The position numbers were made by a program, and so were the translations under genes. A DNA stretch of 64,000 nt from Nanobdellota archaeon (GTDB lineage: Archaea > Nanobdellota > Nanobdellia > Pacearchaeales > GW2011-AR1), in assembly GCA_021799535.1 (NCBI GenBank), contig JAJZAH010000004.1:6450-70449 (forward strand). The letters are read 5' to 3'. The notes beneath the pieces are model-generated. The model saw only the letters and a program-made list of their open reading frames with translations. It had not been told where the DNA came from and searched no databases. Positions 18,478 through 26,994 of the stretch are shown in pieces (positions within the stretch are counted from its first letter, which is position 1; every line of letters begins with the position of its first letter).

Positions 18478-18732
18478 AAAATAACAATAAATCGAGATTT
18501 TAAAAATTTAAAGGATGCAGGTTTTGTGTATAAAGTCTGAATAAGGAGCTACTTTTTGCACAAAGCATATTTGGGAATATACTTAAATAGTGATTTGTTA
18601 TATTCCTTAATCCATTTACTCTGAGCATAAAACCGCAATTCGGTGAAAGAAGAGGAAAAGAATTTGGAAATATTTTCAATAACTTTTTCAAATATAGTCA
18701 GTTATTAAACAAAGCTAGGGATGCAAAAAAAT

Positions 18733-19125
18733 TTAAAAATCTTCAAGGCTCTTCCTTTCTTCAGGTTTAGCTTTAGGAACATGCTTCTCAACTCTTGCAA
18801 AAGAGGGCGTCACAACCACTATGTTCTCGCCGAAGCCTGCAATTGTGCCTTCAAGCGCATCAGCGGTTTTCTTTATTTTCGAGATGGCTCTCTTAAGTTC
18901 AATAGGATCTTTTTTCTTCAGAATCCTTATATCAATGACCGCAATAGTGTATCCTTCCCTTAAGGCATTAAGAATGTTGTTCGAGTCATCATAATCGTTG
19001 AGGTTGAAAAGCTTGACAACAACTTTGTTCTCTTTTTTCTCCTGACTCACATCAATCTCAAGGTACTCATCACCGACAGAATTATCACTTCCTTTGAAAG
19101 CTTTTTTGAATTTTTCGAACACCAT
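18733..19125 (-). CDS. sepF: Cell division protein SepF
   Basis: 130 aa. It shows the archaeal SepF/DUF552 pattern: a variable N-terminus, then VVKLFNLNDYDDSNNILNALREGYTIAVIDI...ALEGTIAGFGENIVVVTP. Confidence 0.75.
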   Translation of the reverse strand: MVFEKFKKAFKGSDNSVGDEYLEIDVSQEKKENKVVVKLFNLNDYDDSNNILNALREGYTIAVIDIRILKKKDPIELKRAISKIKKTADALEGTIAGFGENIVVVTPSFARVEKHVPKAKPEERKSLEDF

Positions 19126-19200
19126 GATAGATTTAGATATAGTCTATTTATAAAGATTTCGGGTTTTCGCCATAATAATTCCGCGAAAAAAAAGAAAAAA

Positions 19201-19524
19201 TCAGTTTCTGTTCTTTGACTCTTTTATTATCTCGTCTCTGATTTTTTTCAGCTCAGATGAAATTTTTTCCTCATCAGCCTCGAGCTTTTCAAGGCTTGAG
19301 TGTATAACCTTCCTTTTTTCCTCGAGCTCTTCCGTTATTTTTTCTTTCTTAATTTTTATCATAAGCTGCCCGACAAGTTTGTAAACATCATCTTTAGAAC
19401 TTTCGACTTCTCTGATTGCCGAAAGAGTCTCATCCATCTCCATCTGAAAAGCCTGCTTTTGCATCAGGATTGATTGAAGATTCTCCTGAAAAATCTGCAT
19501 CTTTTGCAGTTTGTCCTTTTCCAT
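19201..19524 (-). CDS. pfdB: Prefoldin beta subunit
   Basis: 107 aa with a coiled-coil / beta-hairpin / coiled-coil layout, including the VYKLVGQLMIK hairpin core. Confidence 0.75.
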   Translation of the reverse strand: MEKDKLQKMQIFQENLQSILMQKQAFQMEMDETLSAIREVESSKDDVYKLVGQLMIKIKKEKITEELEEKRKVIHSSLEKLEADEEKISSELKKIRDEIIKESKNRN

Positions 19525-19541
19525 TTTAAAAACTATGAATC

Positions 19542-19679
19542 TTATTCAGCCTTGACAACTTTTACTTTTCTTCTTGGCTTGAAGAAGATCTTTGAATCGC
19601 AATGCGGACATTTGAATCTCTTTTTCAGATCTTCACTTTTTATTTCATTCCCGCATTTGAAACATTTATACTCTGCCAT
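19542..19679 (-). CDS. rpoP: DNA-directed RNA polymerase subunit P (Rpo12)
   Basis: Hand-translated 45-aa ORF that is not in the >=60-aa track: MAEYKCFKCGNEIKSEDLKKRFKCPHCDSKIFFKPRRKVKVVKAE. It has the C..C...C..C zinc ribbon plus the basic tail typical of RpoP. Confidence 0.8.
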   Translation of the reverse strand: MAEYKCFKCGNEIKSEDLKKRFKCPHCDSKIFFKPRRKVKVVKAE

Positions 19680-19684
19680 CTTGA

Positions 19685-19903
19685 TCAGTCTAAATAGTAA
19701 GTGTTTGATGCAAATTTTTTTTCACATCTTGGACACTCCCATACTCCTTTTGAGATTCTCTTAACTCCAAGCCTGCCGCAGAACGGGCACTTTTGTTTGA
19801 GATTCTGTTTAGACTCGACTTCAACAAGTTTATCTTTAACAGTCTTCCCATACCTTGCTCCAAACCTTCCTGCTGATTTTGTTTTTTTTGATTTTGTTGT
19901 CAT
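19685..19903 (-). CDS. rpl37ae: 50S ribosomal protein L37Ae (eL43)
   Basis: 72 aa with GRFGARYG at the N-terminus and the CPFCG...CPRC zinc ribbon. Confidence 0.9.
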   Translation of the reverse strand: MTTKSKKTKSAGRFGARYGKTVKDKLVEVESKQNLKQKCPFCGRLGVKRISKGVWECPRCEKKFASNTYYLD

Positions 19904-19916
19904 TTTTTTTTCCGAA

Positions 19917-19989
19917 TGGGGCTGCCCGGATTTGAACCGGGGTCGAGAGGTCCCAAACCTCTAAGGCTACCAGGCTACCCCACAGCCCC
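19917..19989 (-). tRNA. tRNA-Pro (UGG)
   Basis: The minus-strand read GGGGCTGTGGGGTAGCCTGGTAGCCTTAGAGGTTTGGGACCTCTCGACCCCGGTTCAAATCCGGGCAGCCCCA folds as a cloverleaf. The anticodon loop is TTTGGGA and the T-loop TTCAAAT. Confidence 0.85.
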
Positions 19990-20021
19990 ATAAATTAAGG
20001 GAATTTTTTTAATTTATAAAC

Positions 20022-20726
20022 TTATTTTTTAGCCGGCTTGGCCGGAGATTTCTCGGCTGGCTTTGCCGTCGCTGCCGTTCCCGTAGCCGGTGTGGTGGCA
20101 GTAGTGGCCGGTGTCGACGCCGCTGCCGCGGCAGCTGCAGCAGCAGCTTCCTTCTGTTCAGCCTCTGCTTTCAGCCTCTTATCCTGCTCTGACTTTAAGT
20201 TTTCGAAAAACTCTTTTATCAATTTCTTCTTTTCAGGTGATGCTTCAGCCTTTTCTTCCTTTATTTCCTTATCAAATTTCCCCTCGTCAACCATCTTCTC
20301 AACTTCCACAGGGTTCATGTTCTCTACGAGAATACCCAAGCTTACGCAACTTCCGATTACCGTCTTTACAGCGGTCTTAAGATCATTGCAAAGCAAATTC
20401 GGCATCTTTGATTTTGCTACAAAAATTACCTGCTCTATCGACAAATTCCCAACCTTGATCTTTTTTTGCAGACCGGAACCCGCCTGTATTCCGGCTTCCC
20501 TCTTCAAAAGCCCCGAGACAGGTGGTGAAAAAACATTGACTTCAAAACTTTTTGTTTTCAAGTCAACAACTATATTCACCGGAACCTGCATGCCATTGAA
20601 AGCCTGCGTCGAGGAATTGACTTTGTCTATAACTTTATTTATGGGAATCCCCGCAGGGCCAAGTTTCTGGCTGAGAGCAGGTCCGGGCTTCATCGCCCCT
20701 CCATCAACCAACAGTTTAATATTCAT
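20022..20726 (-). CDS. rpl11: 50S ribosomal protein L11 (uL11) with a long C-terminal low-complexity extension
   Basis: The N-terminal ~155 aa is a typical uL11 (MKPGPALSQKLGPAGIPINKV...). It is followed by ~75 aa of KE-rich then Ala/Thr/Pro-rich tail (AAAAAAAAASTPATTATTPATGTAATAKPAEKSPAKPAKK). Confidence 0.85.
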   Translation of the reverse strand: MNIKLLVDGGAMKPGPALSQKLGPAGIPINKVIDKVNSSTQAFNGMQVPVNIVVDLKTKSFEVNVFSPPVSGLLKREAGIQAGSGLQKKIKVGNLSIEQVIFVAKSKMPNLLCNDLKTAVKTVIGSCVSLGILVENMNPVEVEKMVDEGKFDKEIKEEKAEASPEKKKLIKEFFENLKSEQDKRLKAEAEQKEAAAAAAAAAASTPATTATTPATGTAATAKPAEKSPAKPAKK

Positions 20727-21175
20727 CTTTCTTCTTCTCCTTCTCTTCTAATAACCTTTACATTATCGAGCTTTATTGTGACTGGCAGTGGAACCACTGC
20801 CCCAAGAAGGCTCACAACTACTTCTTCCTTTTGCTTGTCTATTCTTAAAACTTTTGCTTTTTCCCCTTTAAGAGTAGAACTTATTATCTCTACTATATCC
20901 CCCTCTTCAATCGAAACGACTGCGGCGCTTGTCTCAAGCATATTTTTTATTTCATCGTAAGAAATTGTTTTGCCGACAATGCCTTTTATGTAAGGCAGAT
21001 TATAAACAGCTTCTTCCGCGGATTCCCTGTCTTCAGACTCAAGGATTATATAACCCCTAAGACCATGTGGCTTAAGTACGGAATAAACGTTCAGATTTTT
21101 CTTTTTCCCTCTGCCCGCTATGAGATCTATTGCCGAGTCTTCCTTGTTTGTCTGAACTTTTACGATAAATATCAT
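20723..21175 (-). CDS. spt5: Transcription elongation factor Spt5 (NusG)
   Basis: 150 aa with an NGN domain followed by a KOW motif (GDIVEIISSTLKGEKAKVLRID). It sits in the conserved secE-spt5-rpl11 order. Confidence 0.85.
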   Translation of the reverse strand: MIFIVKVQTNKEDSAIDLIAGRGKKKNLNVYSVLKPHGLRGYIILESEDRESAEEAVYNLPYIKGIVGKTISYDEIKNMLETSAAVVSIEEGDIVEIISSTLKGEKAKVLRIDKQKEEVVVSLLGAVVPLPVTIKLDNVKVIRREGEEER

Positions 21176-21253
21176 CTTTCAGGCTACCTCAAAACTTTAG
21201 AAGTAGTAATATTAATTAAAAGAGAAGCTTTATAAAAGTTTTTATTAAGTTCC

Positions 21254-21421
21254 TTACTGGAAAAAACCGAGAAGTATTGAGATTAAAAAGCCTATCACCC
21301 CGAGGATAGCGATTCCGATAGCAGAAACTTTCGCGGTCATCTCAAACTCTTTCCTTGATGGCTTTTTCAAAGTTTTCCAAACTCTCACACATTTATGATA
21401 AAAAATTTTAAAATTTTCCAT
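21254..21421 (-). CDS. secE: Protein translocase subunit SecE (Sec61 gamma)
   Basis: Hand-translated 55-aa ORF that is not in the track: MENFKIFYHKCVRVWKTLKKPSRKEFEMTAKVSAIGIAILGVIGFLISILLGFFQ. It has a basic amphipathic N-terminus and a single TM helix, and it lies immediately upstream of spt5. Confidence 0.75.
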   Translation of the reverse strand: MENFKIFYHKCVRVWKTLKKPSRKEFEMTAKVSAIGIAILGVIGFLISILLGFFQ

Positions 21422-21612
21422 ATTAGAGATTAATCATGCAGGTTTTTAAAATTATTGAAGGGGGAGAGTGTTAAGTATTAAGGGCTTTTCATTAAATTTT
21501 CCTCTGCCGTTAAGTTCGTGGCTTTTTGTTTAATTGCGTTCAATAAAAGAGTATTCCATGCGTTGCCCTGAACCCCGACTCCGCATTTATCCGCGGTACT
21601 CCACACATGATT

Positions 21613-22710
21613 TTATTCAAGAAACTCGATCCCCAATTCTTCTTCCATCTCACGATGTTTCAGGGAATCAAAGTCCTCACCATGCCCCAAAACCTGGGAA
21701 CTCCTGACTCCCGTAACAATCAGTAAAACCCTTATGGATTTGTCCATATCAGGTGAAATCTTAGCACCCCAGATCATCTTCGCGTCAGGGCTTAACCTGC
21801 TTCCAACTTCGTGGATTATATCCTTGCATTCCTCAAGGCTCATGTCGTTGCCCCCGATTATGTTCACAAGAGCGCCTTTTGCCCCCGAGATATCAACATC
21901 AAGAAGAGGATTTTGTATAGCCTTTGAGACCGCATCAAGGGCTCTTTTTTCAGTATCACTTTCTCCCATACCTATCAGAGAGACACCTCCTTCGACCATA
22001 ACTGCTTTTATATCAGCAAAATCAAGATTCACCAGGCCTGAAGTTGTTACCAGTTCTGTGACCCCCTTCACAGCGTTTGTCAAGATTTCATCCGCAATTT
22101 TAAAAGCTGTATGGAGAGGAAGTTCAGGAGCAAGCTCTAAAAGCTTGTCATTTGGAATCACGATAAGGGTGTCTGTTAGGACTTCCATTCTTTCAAGACC
22201 ATAAACTGCATTTTCAATCCTTTTTGCACCCTCGATTGTAAAAGGCATTGTAACGACGCCTATTGTCAGAGCACCAAGTTTCTTTGCGATTGATGAAACA
22301 ACCGGCGCGGCTCCCGTACCTGTCCCACCCCCCATACCACAGGTTATGAAGATCATATCACTTCCCGAAAGCCTCTTTTTTATTTCCGACTCAGATTCCT
22401 TAGCAGCCTCTTCCCCAATTTTAGGATTGCTTCCTGCACCAAGCCCCTGCGTCAGTTCTTTGCCCAAGAGTACTTTCTGGTCAGCGTTGGTATAAAGTAG
22501 ATCCTGCGCGTCAGTATTCATGGCTATGAGTTCTCCTCCTTTGATTCCTATCTCTCTCATTCTATTAAGAGAATTTCCTCCTCCGCCTCCAATACCAACG
22601 ACCTTTATTCTGGTTGCCTGCTTTTTTATTATCTCTTCAAGTTCACGATCAACTTCCTTAACATTTGAAGAGCTCAATGAAACATCAAGTTCAGAATAAT
22701 CTTCTTCCAT
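21613..22710 (-). CDS. ftsZ: Cell division GTPase FtsZ
   Basis: 365 aa with GIGGGGGNSLNRM and the tubulin signature GGGTGTGAAPV. A TTTTATAAA box lies ~27 nt upstream. Confidence 0.95.
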   Translation of the reverse strand: MEEDYSELDVSLSSSNVKEVDRELEEIIKKQATRIKVVGIGGGGGNSLNRMREIGIKGGELIAMNTDAQDLLYTNADQKVLLGKELTQGLGAGSNPKIGEEAAKESESEIKKRLSGSDMIFITCGMGGGTGTGAAPVVSSIAKKLGALTIGVVTMPFTIEGAKRIENAVYGLERMEVLTDTLIVIPNDKLLELAPELPLHTAFKIADEILTNAVKGVTELVTTSGLVNLDFADIKAVMVEGGVSLIGMGESDTEKRALDAVSKAIQNPLLDVDISGAKGALVNIIGGNDMSLEECKDIIHEVGSRLSPDAKMIWGAKISPDMDKSIRVLLIVTGVRSSQVLGHGEDFDSLKHREMEEELGIEFLE

Positions 22711-22811
22711 GAGTAAACATGATTAAATCTCTTTATAAAAATTGTTGTGCTTTATCGGCCGGACGATCCCTGACCAGTTAATTATTTATATTTGCCCGCA
22801 TAATGGAAATT

Positions 22812-23624
22812 ATGAAAAAAGAAAAAGTGGCTTTAATTTTTTTTGTTATCTCAATAAGTTTATTTCTGATTGGTTTTATCCCTTCACAAACTGGTGCGGT
22901 TACAGGAAACAGAATAATACCTTTTTCTATTATTCAGATAATGGGATTCATCTCATTGATGATTTCTTTACTTATGATCCTGAAAAGAGAAAGCTTGGAT
23001 TATATTGTCATACCTAGCGGCGGCGGAAAATGGGACCATGAAAATAAGATGTATTCGGAAGATAAAGAAAGGGCAAAGAAAGGACTAGAGTATTATAACG
23101 AATTAGAAAGTGGAAGATATTTTGTAATCAGTGGCTACAAGGGTGAAGGGATAGGGGGAATAAGAAAAGGACAGCCTTATTCCATCTACAAATTTCTAAG
23201 GAAACACGGAATAAAGCCCGACCAGATGATTGTCGAGGGCAAATCACATAACTCCCTTGAGAATGTACTTTACACTTTAAAAAAATTAAAAGAAAAAGGA
23301 GATTTCAATAGACCGGTAAAGATAGCTTTTGTATCTTATCCAGATCATCTAAAGAGAATTGAAGACTTCGAAAAGGCAGCATCAGACAGAGGCTTAATTG
23401 GAAAAGGGGATTTTGAATTTTATGGCATTCCTACTTCTGAAAATTTAGATGAGAAAGCATATGAAAATTCTCCTGCAAGAAGAATCCTGCATCGATATAA
23501 AATCGCTTCTATTAATAGGTACGGTTCAAAAAAAAGCGGGATAAAGTATATTGTAAAAAAGGACCCTGCCGAAAATTTTATAAAAAACGCTGTGAAGTTA
23601 GCAAAGAAATTTTTGAATAAATAA
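22812..23624 (+). CDS. DUF218/YdcF-like protein with an N-terminal membrane anchor
   Basis: It carries IVIPSGGG and GKSHNSLENV motifs, with two N-terminal TM helices. The start at 22812 fits the TATA box (TTTATAT at ~22784) better than 22803. Confidence 0.5.
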   Translation: MKKEKVALIFFVISISLFLIGFIPSQTGAVTGNRIIPFSIIQIMGFISLMISLLMILKRESLDYIVIPSGGGKWDHENKMYSEDKERAKKGLEYYNELESGRYFVISGYKGEGIGGIRKGQPYSIYKFLRKHGIKPDQMIVEGKSHNSLENVLYTLKKLKEKGDFNRPVKIAFVSYPDHLKRIEDFEKAASDRGLIGKGDFEFYGIPTSENLDEKAYENSPARRILHRYKIASINRYGSKKSGIKYIVKKDPAENFIKNAVKLAKKFLNK

Positions 23625-23633
23625 ATTCTGTGT

Positions 23634-24314
23634 TTATTGGGGTTTTTTCCCCGTTGCTCCCTCGGATTTTGGCGGCTCAGTTAATTTCATCTCTATATCC
23701 AAACCAAGTATTTCCTTGTATTTGTCCTTGAAAAGTTCAGCGAAGTTTGAAAGCTCTTTTGGTATTTCAATCGAAACTTTTTTTTCGTTCACGCTGAATT
23801 TAAATTCCTGAGAACCCAGGAAAAATTCGTTCAGAGCCTTCACTTTTTCATCCTGGTTTTCTATTTTCCTCAAAACTTTCACATCATATTCCACGCTCTT
23901 TCCTGCAAGAGGATTGTTGAAGTCCACTACTACTCTTCCGCTTGTAACTGTCAGGACTTTCGCAATCCTTCCGTCAAAATTGAAAATACTGCCCGGAATC
24001 GGATTCAGATTGCTGTCCTTAAAATTTTTCAGCGGGACCATCTGGATGAGCTTTGGATCCCTTTTCCCAAAAGCTTCATCAGGGCTTAATGAAATCAGGT
24101 ATTCCCCGACACTCCTCCCTACAAGAAAATTATCCACTCCTTTAACGAACATTCCTTCACCAAGGCAAAAAACAAAAGGCTTTGTCTCAACAGCATGACT
24201 GTGCCCCGCATGAAGTTTCTCCAAATTCTCTTTCACATTGGAATCAAAGATCTCACCGCCTTTGATTTTCCCTGTGAACTCAATTTCAATAAAATCCTTT
24301 TTCCCAAGAGCCAT
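23634..24314 (-). CDS. FKBP-type peptidyl-prolyl cis-trans isomerase (long archaeal type)
   Basis: 226 aa with an FKBP core (IEFTGKIKGGEIFDSN...), an insert-in-flap region and GKSVEYDVKVLRK. Confidence 0.8.
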   Translation of the reverse strand: MALGKKDFIEIEFTGKIKGGEIFDSNVKENLEKLHAGHSHAVETKPFVFCLGEGMFVKGVDNFLVGRSVGEYLISLSPDEAFGKRDPKLIQMVPLKNFKDSNLNPIPGSIFNFDGRIAKVLTVTSGRVVVDFNNPLAGKSVEYDVKVLRKIENQDEKVKALNEFFLGSQEFKFSVNEKKVSIEIPKELSNFAELFKDKYKEILGLDIEMKLTEPPKSEGATGKKPQ

Positions 24315-24403
24315 GATAAATTTGAATTGGATGATTAGTTTATAAAATTTGTTGGTCTTGGCAAATCATAAAAATTTATAAAGGGAGTTTTTTTCTTTAA
24401 GCA

Positions 24404-24793
24404 ATGGTTTTGAAAATAATTAACGCAACGGAGGCGAGAGTAGGAACAAACCTTACTCTCGAGGGCGAATTTTACACTGTAAGAAAAATGGATGTTTCAA
24501 AGACCGGAAAACATGGACACGCAAAATGTCGAATTGAAGCTGAAAACATGGTAACAGGCTCAAAGAAAGTTTTTGTTGTTCCCGGGCATGACAGGTTCGA
24601 AGTCCCGATGGTCAATAAAAACAAAGGACAAGTGCTATCTGTTTCAGGTGATCACGCAAGCATAATGGACCTTGAATCGTTTGAAACTATTGAAGTGTCT
24701 GTTCCCGAGGAGTTAAAGGACCAGGTACAGACGAACGATAACGTTGAATATTGGGATGTCGAGGGCACTCTAATTCTGAAGAGAAAGAGTTAA
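24404..24793 (+). CDS. eif5a: Translation initiation factor 5A (aIF5A)
   Basis: 129 aa with the hypusine loop SKTGKHGHAKCRIEA. Confidence 0.9.
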   Translation: MVLKIINATEARVGTNLTLEGEFYTVRKMDVSKTGKHGHAKCRIEAENMVTGSKKVFVVPGHDRFEVPMVNKNKGQVLSVSGDHASIMDLESFETIEVSVPEELKDQVQTNDNVEYWDVEGTLILKRKS

Positions 24794-24944
24794 ACCCACG
24801 AAAAAGTCAAAAGTCCCACAAGAGAGGTTTGTATCAATTAAAAGAAGAGACTAACAAAAACTGCCGGGTAAATTTTCCGTTCTGATGAAAGAGCTATCTA
24901 TTTCAATTAAAAACCTTTTTAAACCATTTATTTCTGTATCAGTT

Positions 24945-25109
24945 ATGGCAACGAAGATCAAAGAAGCACAGGACAGACTTTTCAAAAATATGTTTGTATG
25001 CCAAAGGTGTGAAACAAAAATGAGAGCCGATCCGCAGAAAATCCTTAAAGGTAAGATCAAATGCAGGAAATGCGGAAGAAGCCAATTCAGAGTTCTAAAG
25101 AGGAAATAA
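24945..25109 (+). CDS. rpl40e: 50S ribosomal protein L40e (eL40)
   Basis: The internal start gives a 54-aa protein, MATKIKEAQDRLFKNMFVCQRCETKMRADPQKILKGKIKCRKCGRSQFRVLKRK, with a C..C...C..C ribbon. Confidence 0.8.
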   Translation: MATKIKEAQDRLFKNMFVCQRCETKMRADPQKILKGKIKCRKCGRSQFRVLKRK

Positions 25110-25165
25110 ACAACTGAAACCACCACCCTTATAAACTTCTTTCTCGGGTTATATAAGATATAAAA

Positions 25166-26572
25166 ATGGATGTAATGTTTTGGGATTTGACATTAATGGT
25201 GATATTTGTCATCGGAGTTTCAATCTTTTTATATTTGAAGAAGAGCAGGATAAAACGTGAAGGTCTCTTGCTTCTATATCACACAAAGTGGGGGATAAAA
25301 TTTATCGACAAGTTTGGGAAAAAGCACGAAAGGCTCCTCAAAGCGCTAAGTTATGTCTCTGTGATAGTAGGATATATTCTGATGATCCTTATGATTTATT
25401 TGTTTATTCAGATCCTGTGGGTCTATATATTTGAGGCAAATGTTGTAAAAGCAATAAAACTGCCTCCGATAACACCCCTTATCCCTTACCTGCCCCAAAT
25501 TTTCCAGTTGAACTTCCTTCCGCCGTTTTACTTTTCTTATTGGATAATAATACTCGCCATAGTCGCTATAACACACGAATTTTTCCATGGGATATTCGCC
25601 AGGATAGCGAATGTAAAGACAAAAACAACTGGATTTGGATTCTTCCCGTTTTTTTTCCCTATTTTCCTTGCGGCATTTGTCAACCTTGATGAAAAAACAA
25701 TGGAAAAAAGGAAGAACTTCCAACAAATGGCTGTACTCTCTGCAGGTACATTCGCCAACATAATTACCGCGATAATAGCGGGCATAATCATGATATTATT
25801 CTTTACAGTTTCTTTTGCACCTTCGGGAGTAATTTACAATGATTATGCATTCGGTTACGTAAATATGAGTTCAATAACTTCTGTCAACGGCATACCTGTA
25901 CACAATGTCTCATACGGATTCTTGAGCAATATAACCTCCCAGGGAGGCTTCAACAAGATTGTTGCTGGAAACGAAACTTTCGCTGCGATAAAGGGAATAA
26001 TCCCAAATTCGAACCAAATCGCTCTCTATTATAACTCTCCCGCACTAAAGAATAATTTAAGCGGAGCCATAATAGATATAAACGGGGAAAAAATAACCAG
26101 TCTTGACAAATTGGCTTCTGCGATAGGCAAATATTCACCAGGCGAAAATGTCTTACTGACAATGTACAATGGGAGCAAAATTTTTAACAAAACAATCGCT
26201 CTCGGAAGTTCCCCCGAAGGGAAAGCCTGGATAGGGATAACTTTCGAAAACCCCATTTCATCTGGGATAATCGGCAGCATTACAAATTGGATTGCTTCTT
26301 ACAAAGACCCCCATATCTATTACATAGAAAAATTTGCTGGAGCGAACTTCTTGTACGACCTTCTTTGGTGGCTCGTTTTAATCTCATTTAGCATAGCATT
26401 AGTGAACATGCTTCCTGTAGGGATATTTGACGGCGGAAGATTCTTTTACCTGACAGTTCTCTCAATCACAAAGTCTAAGAAAGCAGCTGAGAAATCATTC
26501 AAATTTATAACTTACCTTTTCCTTGTGCTTCTCTTAGTACTTATGATATTTTGGGCCAGAAACTTTTTTTAA
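25166..26572 (+). CDS. Site-2 protease family (M50) membrane metalloprotease with a PDZ-like insert
   Basis: 468 aa. It has the HEFFHG (HExxH) motif in a TM helix and NMLPVGIFDGG (NxxPxxxxDG). It is a multi-pass membrane protein. Confidence 0.85.
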   Translation: MDVMFWDLTLMVIFVIGVSIFLYLKKSRIKREGLLLLYHTKWGIKFIDKFGKKHERLLKALSYVSVIVGYILMILMIYLFIQILWVYIFEANVVKAIKLPPITPLIPYLPQIFQLNFLPPFYFSYWIIILAIVAITHEFFHGIFARIANVKTKTTGFGFFPFFFPIFLAAFVNLDEKTMEKRKNFQQMAVLSAGTFANIITAIIAGIIMILFFTVSFAPSGVIYNDYAFGYVNMSSITSVNGIPVHNVSYGFLSNITSQGGFNKIVAGNETFAAIKGIIPNSNQIALYYNSPALKNNLSGAIIDINGEKITSLDKLASAIGKYSPGENVLLTMYNGSKIFNKTIALGSSPEGKAWIGITFENPISSGIIGSITNWIASYKDPHIYYIEKFAGANFLYDLLWWLVLISFSIALVNMLPVGIFDGGRFFYLTVLSITKSKKAAEKSFKFITYLFLVLLLVLMIFWARNFF

Positions 26573-26652
26573 GAAGAGCTGCAAAGATTTTATAAATATG
26601 CGGGTGATTGATAGTTTTTGTTTATTTCAGCAAAAATAGACTGACAGATAAA

Positions 26653-26952
26653 ATGAGCTTAATAACGGAAATATTCGGCAGAAAAATCAGCGGTGAAAGC
26701 TTAAAAGATCTCATGAAACTACTAGACATCCCGGAGAATTGCCTCCAGAATTTCTCATCGGAATGGGTGGTCGAAAACTATTGGGGAAAGTGCGCCGCTA
26801 AAATTGAAGATAAAGGCATAGAGGTGGATTTTTATATATTCAGAAAAGACTTACACACGAGAGAAAAGGAATCATTATACCAAACTGAAAAATACCACTT
26901 CAAAAAAATGGTCCCATACGAAAATATCAAGCCAGTTCCTTCAGTTTTTTAA
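26653..26952 (+). CDS. Hypothetical protein
   Basis: ~99-aa ORF taken from the internal Met (MSLITEIFG...). No recognisable motif. Confidence 0.35.
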   Translation: MSLITEIFGRKISGESLKDLMKLLDIPENCLQNFSSEWVVENYWGKCAAKIEDKGIEVDFYIFRKDLHTREKESLYQTEKYHFKKMVPYENIKPVPSVF

Positions 26953-26994
26953 AATACCCCATAATTCTTTAAACACCTGAAATTTTCCAAATAT

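Noticed and set aside
18590-18640. AGTGATT ... CTGA spacing, considered as a C/D box sRNA in the gap upstream of the dph2-like gene
   Set aside because: The C box deviates from RUGAUGA, no C'/D' pair is present, and there is no terminal stem.
20038-20751. 237-aa plus-strand ORF (and 20111-20380) rich in Ala/Ser/Phe
   Set aside because: It is an antisense shadow of the well-supported rpl11 gene. Its low-complexity composition mirrors the complement of the L11 tail.
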